From: Trueperaceae bacterium | GTDB taxonomy: Bacteria; Deinococcota; Deinococci; Deinococcales; Trueperaceae | Assembly (NCBI GenBank): GCA_965213925.1 | Contig: OZ243927.1 | Span: 4,000,001 to 4,064,000 of the forward strand | DNA length: 64,000 nucleotides | Reading direction: 5' to 3' | Part shown: piece after piece, positions 28,753 to 39,516 of the stretch | Position numbering within the stretch: position 1 is the stretch's first letter | Layout of the letters: every line of letters begins with the position of its first letter | Notes under the pieces: model-generated | The model's database searches: none | What the model was told of the DNA's origin: nothing | The model's input: only the letters and a program-made list of their open reading frames with translations | Program-made: the position numbers and the translations under genes

Positions 28753-30602
28753 AGCAGCACCTCCGAGGGGGGCAGAGCGTAAAATTCATAGAGGTCTAAG
28801 CGCGCTTGCAACGCGGCGAGGCGCGCCTGGCGCAGTTCGGTATCCGCCTGGAGCAACTCGACCAACGCTTGCTGCGTCTCGATGGGGTTGATGAGCCCTA
28901 AGTCCTGGCGCTGCTGGTTCTCCTCGAACGCCCGCCGCGCGTTGCGGAACTGGAGACGCTCGAGTTCGAGCGTCCGCTCCGCCTCGCCCAGCGTATTCAT
29001 GAGCGAGACGCGCTGCAGCTCCGCGTTGTCCTGCGACGCCTCCAAACCCGCCTCCGCCGCCCTGCGCTGGTCCTTCGCCGCGTCGATCTCATTGAACAGG
29101 CCGAAGGACACGCTCGCCGACGCGCTCAAGGTGAGGCTGCCGTTCACCGCGCTCTCCGGTCCGGAACGCGCCGGGTCCTGGTAGCTGTAGCCGACGCTCG
29201 GTTGCAGGGTGCGCGACTCGATCGAGGCGCTGAGGCTGCTCCGGTCGTCTAAGTTGTAGTTGTACGAGGCTTGTGCGGTGGGAATGAGGTCGCGCCGCGC
29301 ACTTCCGACGCCGATGGCGGCTTGCCCCAAGGAAATCTGCGAACGCCGCACGGAGAGCGGCAAGCCTTCAGTGGCCTGAGGGAGGTCGAGGAGCATGTCG
29401 ACCTCTTCGGGCGAGGCGTTCTCGATGACGTTGCCGAAAGGTCCTAGGTCGAGGGTGCTGAGGCTCAGGCGGGCGAGTTGAAGGTTCGCTTGAGCGTTCT
29501 GGACGAAGTTCTGCGACTCCTGAAAGTTCGCCTCGGCGTCGCGGAGTTCGCGCTCGTTCGCGGCACCCCGGTCGAAGCGCGTCTGCGTCGCTTCCAAACC
29601 CGAACGCGCGGCCTCTAACGTGTTGTTCGCCAACTCGACGGACTGCAGCGCGAGCCGGAGTTGCAGGGCGGACTCGAGCGCCTGTCCCTGCAAGCTCGTC
29701 ACCGTCTCGCGGAAGTCGAGGATGGCATTATCCAGCGCCAGCTCTTGCTGCCGCACCAGGTCGCGGACGTCGCCAAAGGGAAAGGGGCGAAAGGTCGCGT
29801 TAGCGGAGAGCTGGGTCGCGTTGGGTGCGCCTATCTGTTGCCCACCGCCCTCGTCCGGCTGCTCCTGCTGCTGGGGTTCCACTTGCGGAGCCGCCGAGGG
29901 GTCGGCGTCGGTATCGGTGGTGTTGTAGGTTCCTTGCACCTCTAAAGACGCAGGGTTGTACGCGGCGCGGAGCTGCGCTTCGGCAGCGTCGACGGCGGCT
30001 TGCGCGGCGACGTAACGCGGGTTGTCCTCCAAGGTTACGAGCAGGGACTCGAGGAGTTGCTGCTGCGCCGCTTGAGCCGCTTCACGCCGCCTCGCCGCCG
30101 CCTGTTCAGCCTGCGCGACGCTTTCGCGGAGCGCCGCAACTTCGGCTTCTTGCGCGGCTAACGCCTCCTCTTGTGAGGCTAAGTCAGCCTCCAGCGCCGC
30201 GACCTCTTCGATCTGTCCTTGCAGCGCAGCGCGCTGCGCCTCGAACGCTTCACGCTGCAACTGGAGCGCTTCACGTTGCGCGTCGGACACGCTCTCTTGC
30301 GCGGCTAACGCCGCCTCTTGCATCAGGAGGGCTTTCTCCTGCGAATCTAGCGCTGCTAACTGTTGGTCTAAGACCTCACGCCTGCGCTGCACCTCAGCAC
30401 GTTGGGGCTCTAAGTCAGCGTCAACTTCCGCCAACACGCTCGCGCGCGCCTCGAGTTCGGCGCGTTGTGCCTCTAAGGACGCGGACTGGTCTTCTTGGTT
30501 CTGATCTTGAGCGTCCTGACTTTGAGCCGCTTGAGAGGACCCGAAAGGCACGCTAGCGAAGACGAAACAAAAGAGTAAAGCAAAACGAAAGACGAAACTC
30601 AC
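28749..30602 (-). CDS. TolC-family outer membrane protein with N-terminal coiled coil
   Basis: Signal peptide, RFDRGAANEREL, RQDLGLINPIE. Confidence 0.85.
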   Translation of the reverse strand: MSFVFRFALLFCFVFASVPFGSSQAAQSQDAQDQNQEDQSASLEAQRAELEARASVLAEVDADLEPQRAEVQRRREVLDQQLAALDSQEKALLMQEAALAAQESVSDAQREALQLQREAFEAQRAALQGQIEEVAALEADLASQEEALAAQEAEVAALRESVAQAEQAAARRREAAQAAQQQLLESLLVTLEDNPRYVAAQAAVDAAEAQLRAAYNPASLEVQGTYNTTDTDADPSAAPQVEPQQQEQPDEGGGQQIGAPNATQLSANATFRPFPFGDVRDLVRQQELALDNAILDFRETVTSLQGQALESALQLRLALQSVELANNTLEAARSGLEATQTRFDRGAANERELRDAEANFQESQNFVQNAQANLQLARLSLSTLDLGPFGNVIENASPEEVDMLLDLPQATEGLPLSVRRSQISLGQAAIGVGSARRDLIPTAQASYNYNLDDRSSLSASIESRTLQPSVGYSYQDPARSGPESAVNGSLTLSASASVSFGLFNEIDAAKDQRRAAEAGLEASQDNAELQRVSLMNTLGEAERTLELERLQFRNARRAFEENQQRQDLGLINPIETQQALVELLQADTELRQARLAALQARLDLYEFYALPPSEVLL

Positions 30603-31081
30603 CTTTCCTCCAATAAAACGCGCTGGATGCGCGCTAAAGCGCGAAGCTGTTTCGAGCTGAGCCGCGCTAAGCGCTCGCGCTGCAACTCGCGCCAGGTGCG
30701 CTGCGCTCGTGCGTGCGCTTCTCGACCCGACTCCGTCAGGGCTAAAGAAACGCGCCGGTGGTCCTCGGGGTCGAGGGTGCGTTCAATCAACCCCTTCGCT
30801 TCCAGCGAGCGCAGCAGCGCCGATATGACCGGGGGCGCGACGTCAAGGGCGTGCGCCAAATCTTTGGGGTAGTGCGAGGTCTGCGTGAGCAGCTCGAGCG
30901 TCAATACCCCTAAAGGTTTGAGGTCCAGAGCGCGAAAGGTCTCGTCTATGTCGCGTCTAAGCTGCCACATCAGGGTGAACGAGTCGTGGTGGACGCACTC
31001 GAGTAGCCGCACCCTAGCCGCGTCACCCGCCGCATCGACTGAACAGTCCTCCGCCGTAACCCCCGTCACGTGACGTTCCAC
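30599..31081 (-). CDS. MarR family transcriptional regulator
   Basis: LRSLEAKGLIERTLDPEDHRRVSLALTESG; start may be GTG 31069. Confidence 0.9.
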   Translation of the reverse strand: MERHVTGVTAEDCSVDAAGDAARVRLLECVHHDSFTLMWQLRRDIDETFRALDLKPLGVLTLELLTQTSHYPKDLAHALDVAPPVISALLRSLEAKGLIERTLDPEDHRRVSLALTESGREAHARAQRTWRELQRERLARLSSKQLRALARIQRVLLEER

Positions 31082-31363
31082 TTTTTAGCGTTTGGTTTCA
31101 TAGCGGTCCATTCCATAGGGTGCAGTATGCGGTGGTGTTGCAAAGAATAGGTTTACGCTTTGTTAAGATTCTGCAAAGTCTTAACAGTTCATCAACTTTA
31201 ACAACTTGCGCAGGTGCGGTATAGGCGACCTCTCGCCTTAGAGCAACCTCTCTTTTTTCGGTCACGCGCCTCCTCGCCGGCGTGCAGAAACGCTCGTCAA
31301 AGAATACCGCGCAACCGCGCCTAAAAACGTGTTCGGCGGCGAGGTGTAGGCGATTTCACGCGC

Positions 31364-31392
31364 CAAAAAAAAGACCTCTTTGCGAGGTCTTT
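31364..31392 (-). terminator. intrinsic terminator
   Basis: AAAGACCTC/GAGGTCTTT hairpin with T-tract on the minus strand. Confidence 0.75.
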
Positions 31393-31412
31393 CCGAAGTG
31401 TAAAAACGTGCG

Positions 31413-31769
31413 CTAGTTGCTGTAGCGCTCCAAGGCGTTGGGGTCCGCGCTCTGCTTCGCGAGCAGCTCTGCGACGGAGAGGTCGTCGCCCTCCAAGTCC
31501 AAGTAAACAGAGTTGCGGCTCGCCCCCGCTGTCGCAACCTCGAAGGTGTAGCTCTGGTCGCCGTAACCGATCGTGACGTACTCGGCGTCCTCCAAGTCTT
31601 CGTTGCGCTGGGCGACCGAGTTGGCTGAGACCTCTTCGGTGGCGATCGCTTCGGCATCGGCAGTGGGGCTGCTCTCGTAAAACGCGACCTCGAACGTGTC
31701 GGGGCTCGCTTGCGCCCCCGCTAAACCGGCGACCAACATCAGCCCTGTGAGAAGTGCAACCTGTCTCAT
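31413..31769 (-). CDS. small secreted acidic protein
   Basis: Signal peptide ending AGA-Q; purine-rich RBS. Confidence 0.7.
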   Translation of the reverse strand: MRQVALLTGLMLVAGLAGAQASPDTFEVAFYESSPTADAEAIATEEVSANSVAQRNEDLEDAEYVTIGYGDQSYTFEVATAGASRNSVYLDLEGDDLSVAELLAKQSADPNALERYSN

Positions 31770-32264
31770 GGCACCTTCCTCTCTCGGTAGCGACCTCTAC
31801 AGTCTGCGACTACCTGATCGGCAGTTTGCTCGTGCGAGATGAAGAACGGGGCAAGGTAACGTCAAGATTGGGTGAAGATAGCGCTAGCAACTACCTAGAC
31901 GATTATGAGAAGCGCTGACACCCCCCGAAACCCGCACGACAACGACCTCTTTTGCGCCTGCTGCTACTTTGGAGAGGGGCAACGTAAAGCGGGTGAACGG
32001 GAGATGGGCGCGTACGCACCGGGTCTCTCATCTCATCTGAATAGTGCAGTAAAACGTAGAGACGCCGCGCCTCGAGGGAACGCTCACGTTCATAAAAACG
32101 CCCTCGCCCAAGAGGTTTTTGTGTTTGCCTCGAGCCCTATCCGAAGGCGCGCCAAACCTCACACTCGAGCACATCCTCACAGAGAACCTTCACGTCACAT
32201 TTGTTTAGAATGCGCTTTAGCGGAGAAGCGCGCTCGGACAGCGCTTCGGGTCGTTGCCGCCCGA

Positions 32265-33698
32265 CTAAGCCGACTCCTGCGCCGACACCCACCCCTGCGC
32301 CGAATTCAGGATATCTTCGACCTCTTCATCATTCGGCGCTTCACAGTAGACGCGCAGCACGGGCTCGGTCCCGCTCGGGCGAAAGAGAATCCAGGCGTTG
32401 CCGCTCAGGTTGAGCTTCACGCCGTCCAAGGTCTCGACCGACTCGACCTCTCGCTCCGCGAATGTATCCGGCGGATTGTTCAGCGAGCGCATCACCGCGT
32501 CTTTAAGCTCGCTACCGCTTAGGTGAACATCTAAACGGTCGTAGGCGTGTTGCCACTCGGTCTCGCGCTCCAACGCTAAAAACAGCTCAGCGACGCTTTT
32601 GCCCGATTTGATAACCGCCTCGAGCATGAGTAAACTGTTCGCCACTCCGTCACGTTCAGGTAGATACCCTGTTACGCCGATGCCACCCGACTCCTCGCCG
32701 CCAATCAGCACGTCGCCCTCCAACATCGCCGCGACGATGTACTTGAAGCCGATGGGCGTCTCTGAAACGGGAATGCCTCTTTTTTCTGCCAACCGCTCGA
32801 CGAGGCGCGAGACGTTGAAAGTCTTGATAACGCGCCCCGAATAGCCCTTCTCGTTCATGAGGCTTAGCAGAACGGCAAAAATCTGGTGTGCGTTGAAGTA
32901 GCTGCCGTCCGGTAAGACGAGCCCCAAACGGTCGCCGTCGCCGTCCGTGACAGCGGCGAAGTGGGCATCGGAGTTTTTCATGTGCGACATAGTAGTCGCT
33001 AGATTCTGCGGCATCGGCTCGGGGTTGACGCCGTAGAACATGGGTGTGGGCTCGCTGCGGACCTCTTCGACCTCTACGCTCGAGCCAATATGCTGCAAAA
33101 ACCCGCTCAACCAGCCCGCTGCCGCGCCGCCCATCGCGTCGTGGACGAGGCTACCCGAGGCACTTCTGAGAACATCAACGTCCACGAGTTCGGCAAGTTT
33201 GTCAAAATAAGCCTTGCGAATGTCAAAGGTTTCGAAACTGTGCGCTTTAGCGTCGAACGTCTTCACGTCGTGCGGGGTGATGCGGCTCGTTCTCGAGGAA
33301 ACGTCCTCGTAGATGTCGGGCGTCGCCGTGCCGCCGTAGGGTCCTTTGAGCTTAAACCCGTTATACGCAGGCGGGTTGTGCGAGGCGGTCAGCATGACGC
33401 CGCCGCCCGTGCCAAAATGCACCGCCGCGAGCGAGAGCGCGGGCGTCGGCAAGGATGCACCCGCTAGTCTAACGTCAACCCCGTTCGCCGCCATGACCTC
33501 CGCAACGAGGTTCGCGAAACGTTCCCCGTTGAAGCGTGTGTCATAGCCGATGACGACGCTCGGCGTGTCTTTCTCCAAAAGGTGTTCGGCGTAGGCTTGG
33601 GCGACCCTCGAGACGTTCTTAAAGGTAAAGATGTTGCCGATAATGTCGCGCCAGCCGTCCGTGCCGAAGGTGAGTGTGTCAATATCTGAACCGTTCAC
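32265..33698 (-). CDS. phosphoglucomutase/phosphomannomutase
   Basis: FGTDGWR, TASHNP, DGDGDR, GEESGG, RPSGTEP. Confidence 0.95.
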   Translation of the reverse strand: MNGSDIDTLTFGTDGWRDIIGNIFTFKNVSRVAQAYAEHLLEKDTPSVVIGYDTRFNGERFANLVAEVMAANGVDVRLAGASLPTPALSLAAVHFGTGGGVMLTASHNPPAYNGFKLKGPYGGTATPDIYEDVSSRTSRITPHDVKTFDAKAHSFETFDIRKAYFDKLAELVDVDVLRSASGSLVHDAMGGAAAGWLSGFLQHIGSSVEVEEVRSEPTPMFYGVNPEPMPQNLATTMSHMKNSDAHFAAVTDGDGDRLGLVLPDGSYFNAHQIFAVLLSLMNEKGYSGRVIKTFNVSRLVERLAEKRGIPVSETPIGFKYIVAAMLEGDVLIGGEESGGIGVTGYLPERDGVANSLLMLEAVIKSGKSVAELFLALERETEWQHAYDRLDVHLSGSELKDAVMRSLNNPPDTFAEREVESVETLDGVKLNLSGNAWILFRPSGTEPVLRVYCEAPNDEEVEDILNSAQGWVSAQESA

Positions 33699-33784
33699 AA
33701 GGGCCTCCCAAAATTCCCGCTAGCATAACAGACGGTGAGCCATAAGGCGCACCTTTCGTCACAGTTTCGGCGCGGTGTGCGGCG

Positions 33785-34402
33785 CTACTTGCTCGAGCGG
33801 GGCGCTCTCGCGACGACCGCGATGTAAACTCCGCTCGCGCCCGCCTCCAGTAGCGCCAGACTGCACTCGGTCAGCGTTGCGCCGCTCGTCATCACGTCGT
33901 CTATGAGGAGAACCCGCTCGCCTCCTAGGGGTTCGGCGCGAAACGCACCCGTAACATTCTGCTGACGCTCGCTGCCGCCCAAACGCGCTTGCTGCTGCGT
34001 CGCCCGGACGCGCTTAACGGCGTGAGCGTGAGGAACGTTCAGCCGACGCGCTACCGTCTGAGCAATGACGGCGGACTGGTTGTAGCCGCGCTCCAAACGG
34101 CGGCGCGTATGTAGCGGCATCGGACAGATGAGGTCAGGGATCCAAGCGCTCCCACGAACGACGGACGCGATTTCTTCGCCGAAGGTCACACCCAAGCGTG
34201 TCACGCCGTGAAACTTAAAGGCTCTAACGGCTCGCTCCAGCCGCCCCTCGTAACTCCCTAGCGCAAGCTCGAAGCCCCCTATCTGAGGCGAAAACAGCGC
34301 CGACGCACAAACCGAGCAGCACCCCTTGACGCTACTCGGGCGCGTCCGGCAAACCGGGCAGCGGCTCAAGCCGTAAAAGAGGTCCGTAACGGATAAGCGC
34401 AT
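33785..34402 (-). CDS. comF: ComF family amidophosphoribosyltransferase-like protein
   Basis: CxxC..CxxC, RGYNQS, LIDDVMTSGAT. Confidence 0.9.
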   Translation of the reverse strand: MRLSVTDLFYGLSRCPVCRTRPSSVKGCCSVCASALFSPQIGGFELALGSYEGRLERAVRAFKFHGVTRLGVTFGEEIASVVRGSAWIPDLICPMPLHTRRRLERGYNQSAVIAQTVARRLNVPHAHAVKRVRATQQQARLGGSERQQNVTGAFRAEPLGGERVLLIDDVMTSGATLTECSLALLEAGASGVYIAVVARAPRSSK

Positions 34403-34532
34403 GGACCCAGCCTAAAGCGTTCCCAATCCAAGGGACGTGGCTTTCGCCACCCCACGTTTATCTTGGCAGCGTACTAAGCCTTGTGTAGAAACCGCGCGAA
34501 GCGTGTAGGTATACTGTCAATCAAAGAATGAG

Positions 34533-34708
34533 TGATGTCATTCTGAACTAGGTTAGAGCGAAGCTCAAAGCACCTTGTGCTTCACCTACGCAGCAAAGCG
34601 GAGCGTAAGAATCTCTGCATTCGCCTTCTTGTCTAGCCGAGAATAGAAGTTACAAAGTTTTGGCAGTAGCCAAACGAGACCCTTACGCATTCGCTCAGGG
34701 TGACATCA
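34533..34708. repeat. TGTCA...TGACA palindromic repeat element, copy 1
   Basis: TGTCATTCTGAA...AAGAATCTCTGC...CGAGACCC...TTCGCTCAGGGTGACA; shares these blocks with 60285-60388. Confidence 0.75.
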
Positions 34709-34808
34709 GTGCTATAAAACTTGCTTAACGCTGTAGTAAGTATGTCAGCGAGATGTCCTCAAACTCACAAAGTGAGACCCCTACTCGTCACAGACCTTTT
34801 GCTTGCTA

Positions 34809-35002
34809 ACCTGAGTTCGAGGTTTCTCTAGGCGTGCTTTTCCGTCTCTGACGTGCTTCCTTTTACAAGAGCAAGGCGTATCTATTGTTGAAACGCTCGA
34901 GTATTTCCGAAAAACAATAAAACCGCAATCTCAGATAAGGTCGTCAGCCACCAAAAGTACAGGGTTTGCGCGCCTGACATGAAAATAACTCCGAACTCAG
35001 GT
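34809..35002. mobile_element. 194-bp MITE with terminal inverted repeats and target-site duplication
   Basis: ACCTGAGTTCG 34809-19 / CGAACTCAGGT 34992-35002, flanked by direct TTGCTA (34803-08, 35003-08). Confidence 0.8.
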
Positions 35003-35005
35003 TTG

Positions 35006-36004
35006 CTATGTTTTTCGGTTCGCTAAAGAACCCAACACGTTCAAAATCCGCCGCGCTTCATCCTGATTCGGCAAGTCGGCAAAACTTTCATCCAAAAGAG
35101 ACAACCCCCGCGCCGCTCTCGCCTCGGCAACCTCTTGCGCGTAAGCCAATGAGCTGTAGCGCTCAATGAAACCTAAAATACGTTGAACGTCCTCTTCCGT
35201 TTTGTCGTTTCTGGGCTTTGCCAACCGCTCATAGACCTCTTCTCGCTCACCTTGCGCGGCGTGGGCGAAGAGGTGCGCCAACACGAGCGTGCGCTTGGCT
35301 TCGAAGAGGTCACCCGCGAACTCCTTACCGTAAGCGATGTCGGGCATGAGGTTCAAGATGTCGTCGCGGATTTGAAAGGCAACGCCTAAATGGGTACCCG
35401 CCTCGACGAACCGCGCGTCCGGCTCCATCTCTGCGCAGAGCGCCCCGAGCCGCAAGGGGCACACGACCGTGTAGTACGCCGTTTTAAGCGTAACCATCTC
35501 TAAATAATCCGCCTCGGAGATGTCGAACGTGCCTTCAGCCACCCAACTGAGGTCTAAGTGTTGCCCCTCCGCCGTGCGCGAAATCATCCACTCGAACTCG
35601 CTGAAGATTTGCCGCTGTACCTGGTGAGAGAAGCCCCCCAAGTGATGCAGCACCCGCCACATGTAGACGTGCAGCGCGTCCCCGACGTTGAGCGCGACGG
35701 GCATCCCCACCGTGCGGTGCAGCGCGGGTGCGCCGCGCCTGTCCTCGGAGTCGTCCTCGATGTCGTCGTGAATCAGGACCCAATTTTGGAAGAGTTCTAA
35801 CGCCGCCGCAACGTCCAGACCTCGTTGCCACGTTCCGCCGTGTGCCGAAACGGAGCGCAGCACGAGTTGACCTCGCAGGTGTTTCCCGCCCCGTTCGGGG
35901 TAGTCGCGGATGAGGGTGTAGAACGCCTCGAGTTGGGCGTTCGCGTGGCCTTTGGGAAGGTGAGAGAGGATGCGCTCTCTAAGGGCGTCTTGCATAGAGG
36001 TCAT
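35006..36004 (-). CDS. polyprenyl (GGPP-type) diphosphate synthase
   Basis: GGKHLR, HDDIEDDSEDRRG, GQHLD, KT, FQIRDDILN. Confidence 0.92.
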   Translation of the reverse strand: MTSMQDALRERILSHLPKGHANAQLEAFYTLIRDYPERGGKHLRGQLVLRSVSAHGGTWQRGLDVAAALELFQNWVLIHDDIEDDSEDRRGAPALHRTVGMPVALNVGDALHVYMWRVLHHLGGFSHQVQRQIFSEFEWMISRTAEGQHLDLSWVAEGTFDISEADYLEMVTLKTAYYTVVCPLRLGALCAEMEPDARFVEAGTHLGVAFQIRDDILNLMPDIAYGKEFAGDLFEAKRTLVLAHLFAHAAQGEREEVYERLAKPRNDKTEEDVQRILGFIERYSSLAYAQEVAEARAARGLSLLDESFADLPNQDEARRILNVLGSLANRKT

Positions 36005-36038
36005 CTGTATTTACACAACACAGAATATCTCGTTACGT

Positions 36039-36066
36039 GTAGGGGCGATTCATGAATCGCCCCTAC
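36039..36066. repeat. GTAG-type REP palindrome
   Basis: Perfect 28-bp palindrome GTAGGGGCGATTCATGAATCGCCCCTAC. Confidence 0.8.
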
Positions 36067-36083
36067 TACACTGCTCTGCAAAA

Positions 36084-37123
36084 TCAAACCGGACCAGGAC
36101 GCCGTATGCACGCCTTGAAATGTCCCGGACTGACCTCTTCTAAGGGTGGGTCGATCTTGGCGCACTCCTCGATGGCGATGGGACAACGGGTGCGGAAGAC
36201 GCACCCCGAGGGCGGGTTGATCGGGCTGGGGATGTCGCCCTGCAAGATGACGCGCTCGCGCTTGACCGTCGGGTCAGGGATCGGCACGGCGGACAGCAGC
36301 GCTTCGGTGTAGGGGTGAACGGGGTTCGAGTAGAGGTCTTTCGAGGGCGCGATCTCCATGACCTTGCCCAGATACATCACGACCACCGTGTCGCAGATGT
36401 ACTCGACGACGCCCAAATCGTGGGCGATGAAGAGCAGCGTCAGCCCGAGTTCCTCTTTGAGGTCTTGAAGCAAGTTGACGACCTGCGCTTGAATGGACAC
36501 GTCGAGCGCCGAGACGGGCTCGTCCGCGACGATAAACTGTGGGTCTACGGCGAGCGCGCGCGCGATGCCAATGCGCTGCCGCTGCCCGCCCGAGAACTCG
36601 TGCGGGTAGCGCCGCATGTGCGCCGACGAGAGCCCGGTGCGCTCCAGGAGGTCCGCGACACGCTCCTCTTTCGCCTTGCCTTTAGCGAGGTTATGGATGG
36701 TCAGGGCTTCGCCGATAATGTCCGCGACGGTCATGCGCGGGTTCAGACTCGCGAAGGGGTCCTGGAAGATGATCTGCATCTCTTTGCGGTACTCGCGCAT
36801 CTCGGAGCGTGAGAGCTTGGCGACGTCCACGCCATCGAAGAGGATTTCGCCGTCCGTGGGCTCTAAGAGGCGCAAAATCGTGCGCCCCGCCGTCGTCTTG
36901 CCCGAGCCCGACTCACCGACGAGCCCGACCACCTCGCCCGGTTTGATGTTTAAGCTGACGTTTTCGACCGCCTTGACGTTCGCGACGACGCGGGAAAAGA
37001 CCCCGCCCCGAATTGGGAAGTATTTTTTGAGCCCTTTGACCTCTAAGAGGTACTCGCCCTTCGATCCTTTGCGTTTGCTGCTCTGTGGCTGCTCTTGCGA
37101 CTGTGTATCGTAGGCTTTGACCG

Positions 37124-37127
<4 letters not shown>
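36084..37127 (-). CDS. oppF: oligopeptide ABC transporter ATP-binding subunit
   Basis: [38 protein letters not shown]. Confidence 0.93.
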
Positions 37128-38134
<1,007 letters not shown>

Positions 38135-38301
38135 AATATATGCTCCTTGTCATCTGCCTATCATACCTCTCTAACCTGACCAATTGTAAGCTTTTTCACT
38201 GGATCCCCGCAAAAACGCTTCAGTTCGGTAACGGTGCGCGTTGCCAACACTAGATTTAGGCGGCTTGACGGGTGCTCGAGACCATCCCAGAATAGCCCCG
38301 T

Positions 38302-39516
38302 TCACTGCCGACTCTTAGGATCAAAGGCGTCGCGCAGACCGTCGCCTAAGAGGTTCCAAGCCAACACCGAGATGAAGATAAATACGCCGGGCAAGAAAAT
38401 CCACCAGCGGTCCGTAAGTCCGGTCACGCCGACAAAGCGTTGCGCCGTGTTGAGCATGAGCCCCCAACTCGTCGAGGGCGGCTGGATGCCCAACCCGAAA
38501 AAACTCAAGACCGACTCGACGATGATGAATGAGGGGATGATCAGACTCATGTAGACGATAAGGTAGCTCAAGGTGTGCGGCAACATGTGGAGGCCGATAA
38601 TACGGGCGTTGCTCGCGCCTAAAGACTTCGCGGCGAAGGCGAAGTCGCGCTCGCGCAGCGAGAGAATCTGCCCGCGCACGGTGCGCGCCACGCTGCCCCA
38701 GCCCACCATCGCCAGCACCACGACGATGAGCAAGAAGACTGTCGAGGAGGGCAGATTTAAGGGATAGAAGATGGCGGAGAGCGCGATGAGCAAGAAGAGG
38801 TCGGGAATCGCCGCCAACGCCTCGATAAAGCGCATGATAAGCTCATCCACCCAGCCGCCGAAGTAGCCCGCCAAACCGCCAAAAAATACGCCGATGGCGA
38901 CCGTCACGATAGCGGAGAGAATCCCCACCGTGAGGCTGATGCGCGCCCCGAAGAGAATCTTGCTGAACACGTCGCCGCCCAAGTCGTCGGAGCCCCAGAG
39001 GTAGAGGTTCGCTTGGGGCGGAGAGTCAGCCAAGCCGAAGAGGTGCAGCGTCGCCCAGGGGCGGATGCCCAAGTCTTGGCGGAAACCCTGCGGGATGAGG
39101 TTGACGGGGAAGGGCACATAGCGTTCGCGCACGGCTTCACGCCGTACGAAGAATTCAACGGGGTACTTTTGGGACTCGTCTACGGTCCAGGTGGTCTCGA
39201 GCGTGTCGAAATCCAGCTCTTTCTCGAGTCCGTAAACAAAGGGTCTCGTCAAGCCGTTCTCGTCGCGAAAGCGAATCTGGGTGGGCGGCTGAAAGGTCGC
39301 GCGAGGGTTGATGTACGCCTCGGGGTAGGGCGCGATAAAGTCGGCAAACGCCGCGAAGAAGTAGAAGATACCCAAGACCGTCAGCGCGAGCCGCGCCATC
39401 GGGTGCTTGCGAAACTGCGCCCAGGCGATGGAGGTGAGGCTCGCTCCTTGCGCGGCGGGCGGCTTCTGCCCCTCTTCCGGGCGCTCTTTGTCGGGGTTAA
39501 AGGCGGTGTCAGCCAT
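38302..39516 (-). CDS. oppC: oligopeptide ABC transporter permease
   Basis: GARISL, ARTVRG..L..RE, HMLPH, LSFFGLG, GDGLRDAFDP; true start ATG 39516. Confidence 0.92.
   Translation of the reverse strand: MADTAFNPDKERPEEGQKPPAAQGASLTSIAWAQFRKHPMARLALTVLGIFYFFAAFADFIAPYPEAYINPRATFQPPTQIRFRDENGLTRPFVYGLEKELDFDTLETTWTVDESQKYPVEFFVRREAVRERYVPFPVNLIPQGFRQDLGIRPWATLHLFGLADSPPQANLYLWGSDDLGGDVFSKILFGARISLTVGILSAIVTVAIGVFFGGLAGYFGGWVDELIMRFIEALAAIPDLFLLIALSAIFYPLNLPSSTVFLLIVVVLAMVGWGSVARTVRGQILSLRERDFAFAAKSLGASNARIIGLHMLPHTLSYLIVYMSLIIPSFIIVESVLSFFGLGIQPPSTSWGLMLNTAQRFVGVTGLTDRWWIFLPGVFIFISVLAWNLLGDGLRDAFDPKSRQ

Noticed and set aside
31905..32522. 205-aa plus-strand ORF
   Set aside because: No recognisable motifs, and it overlaps the PGM gene antisense; likely spurious.
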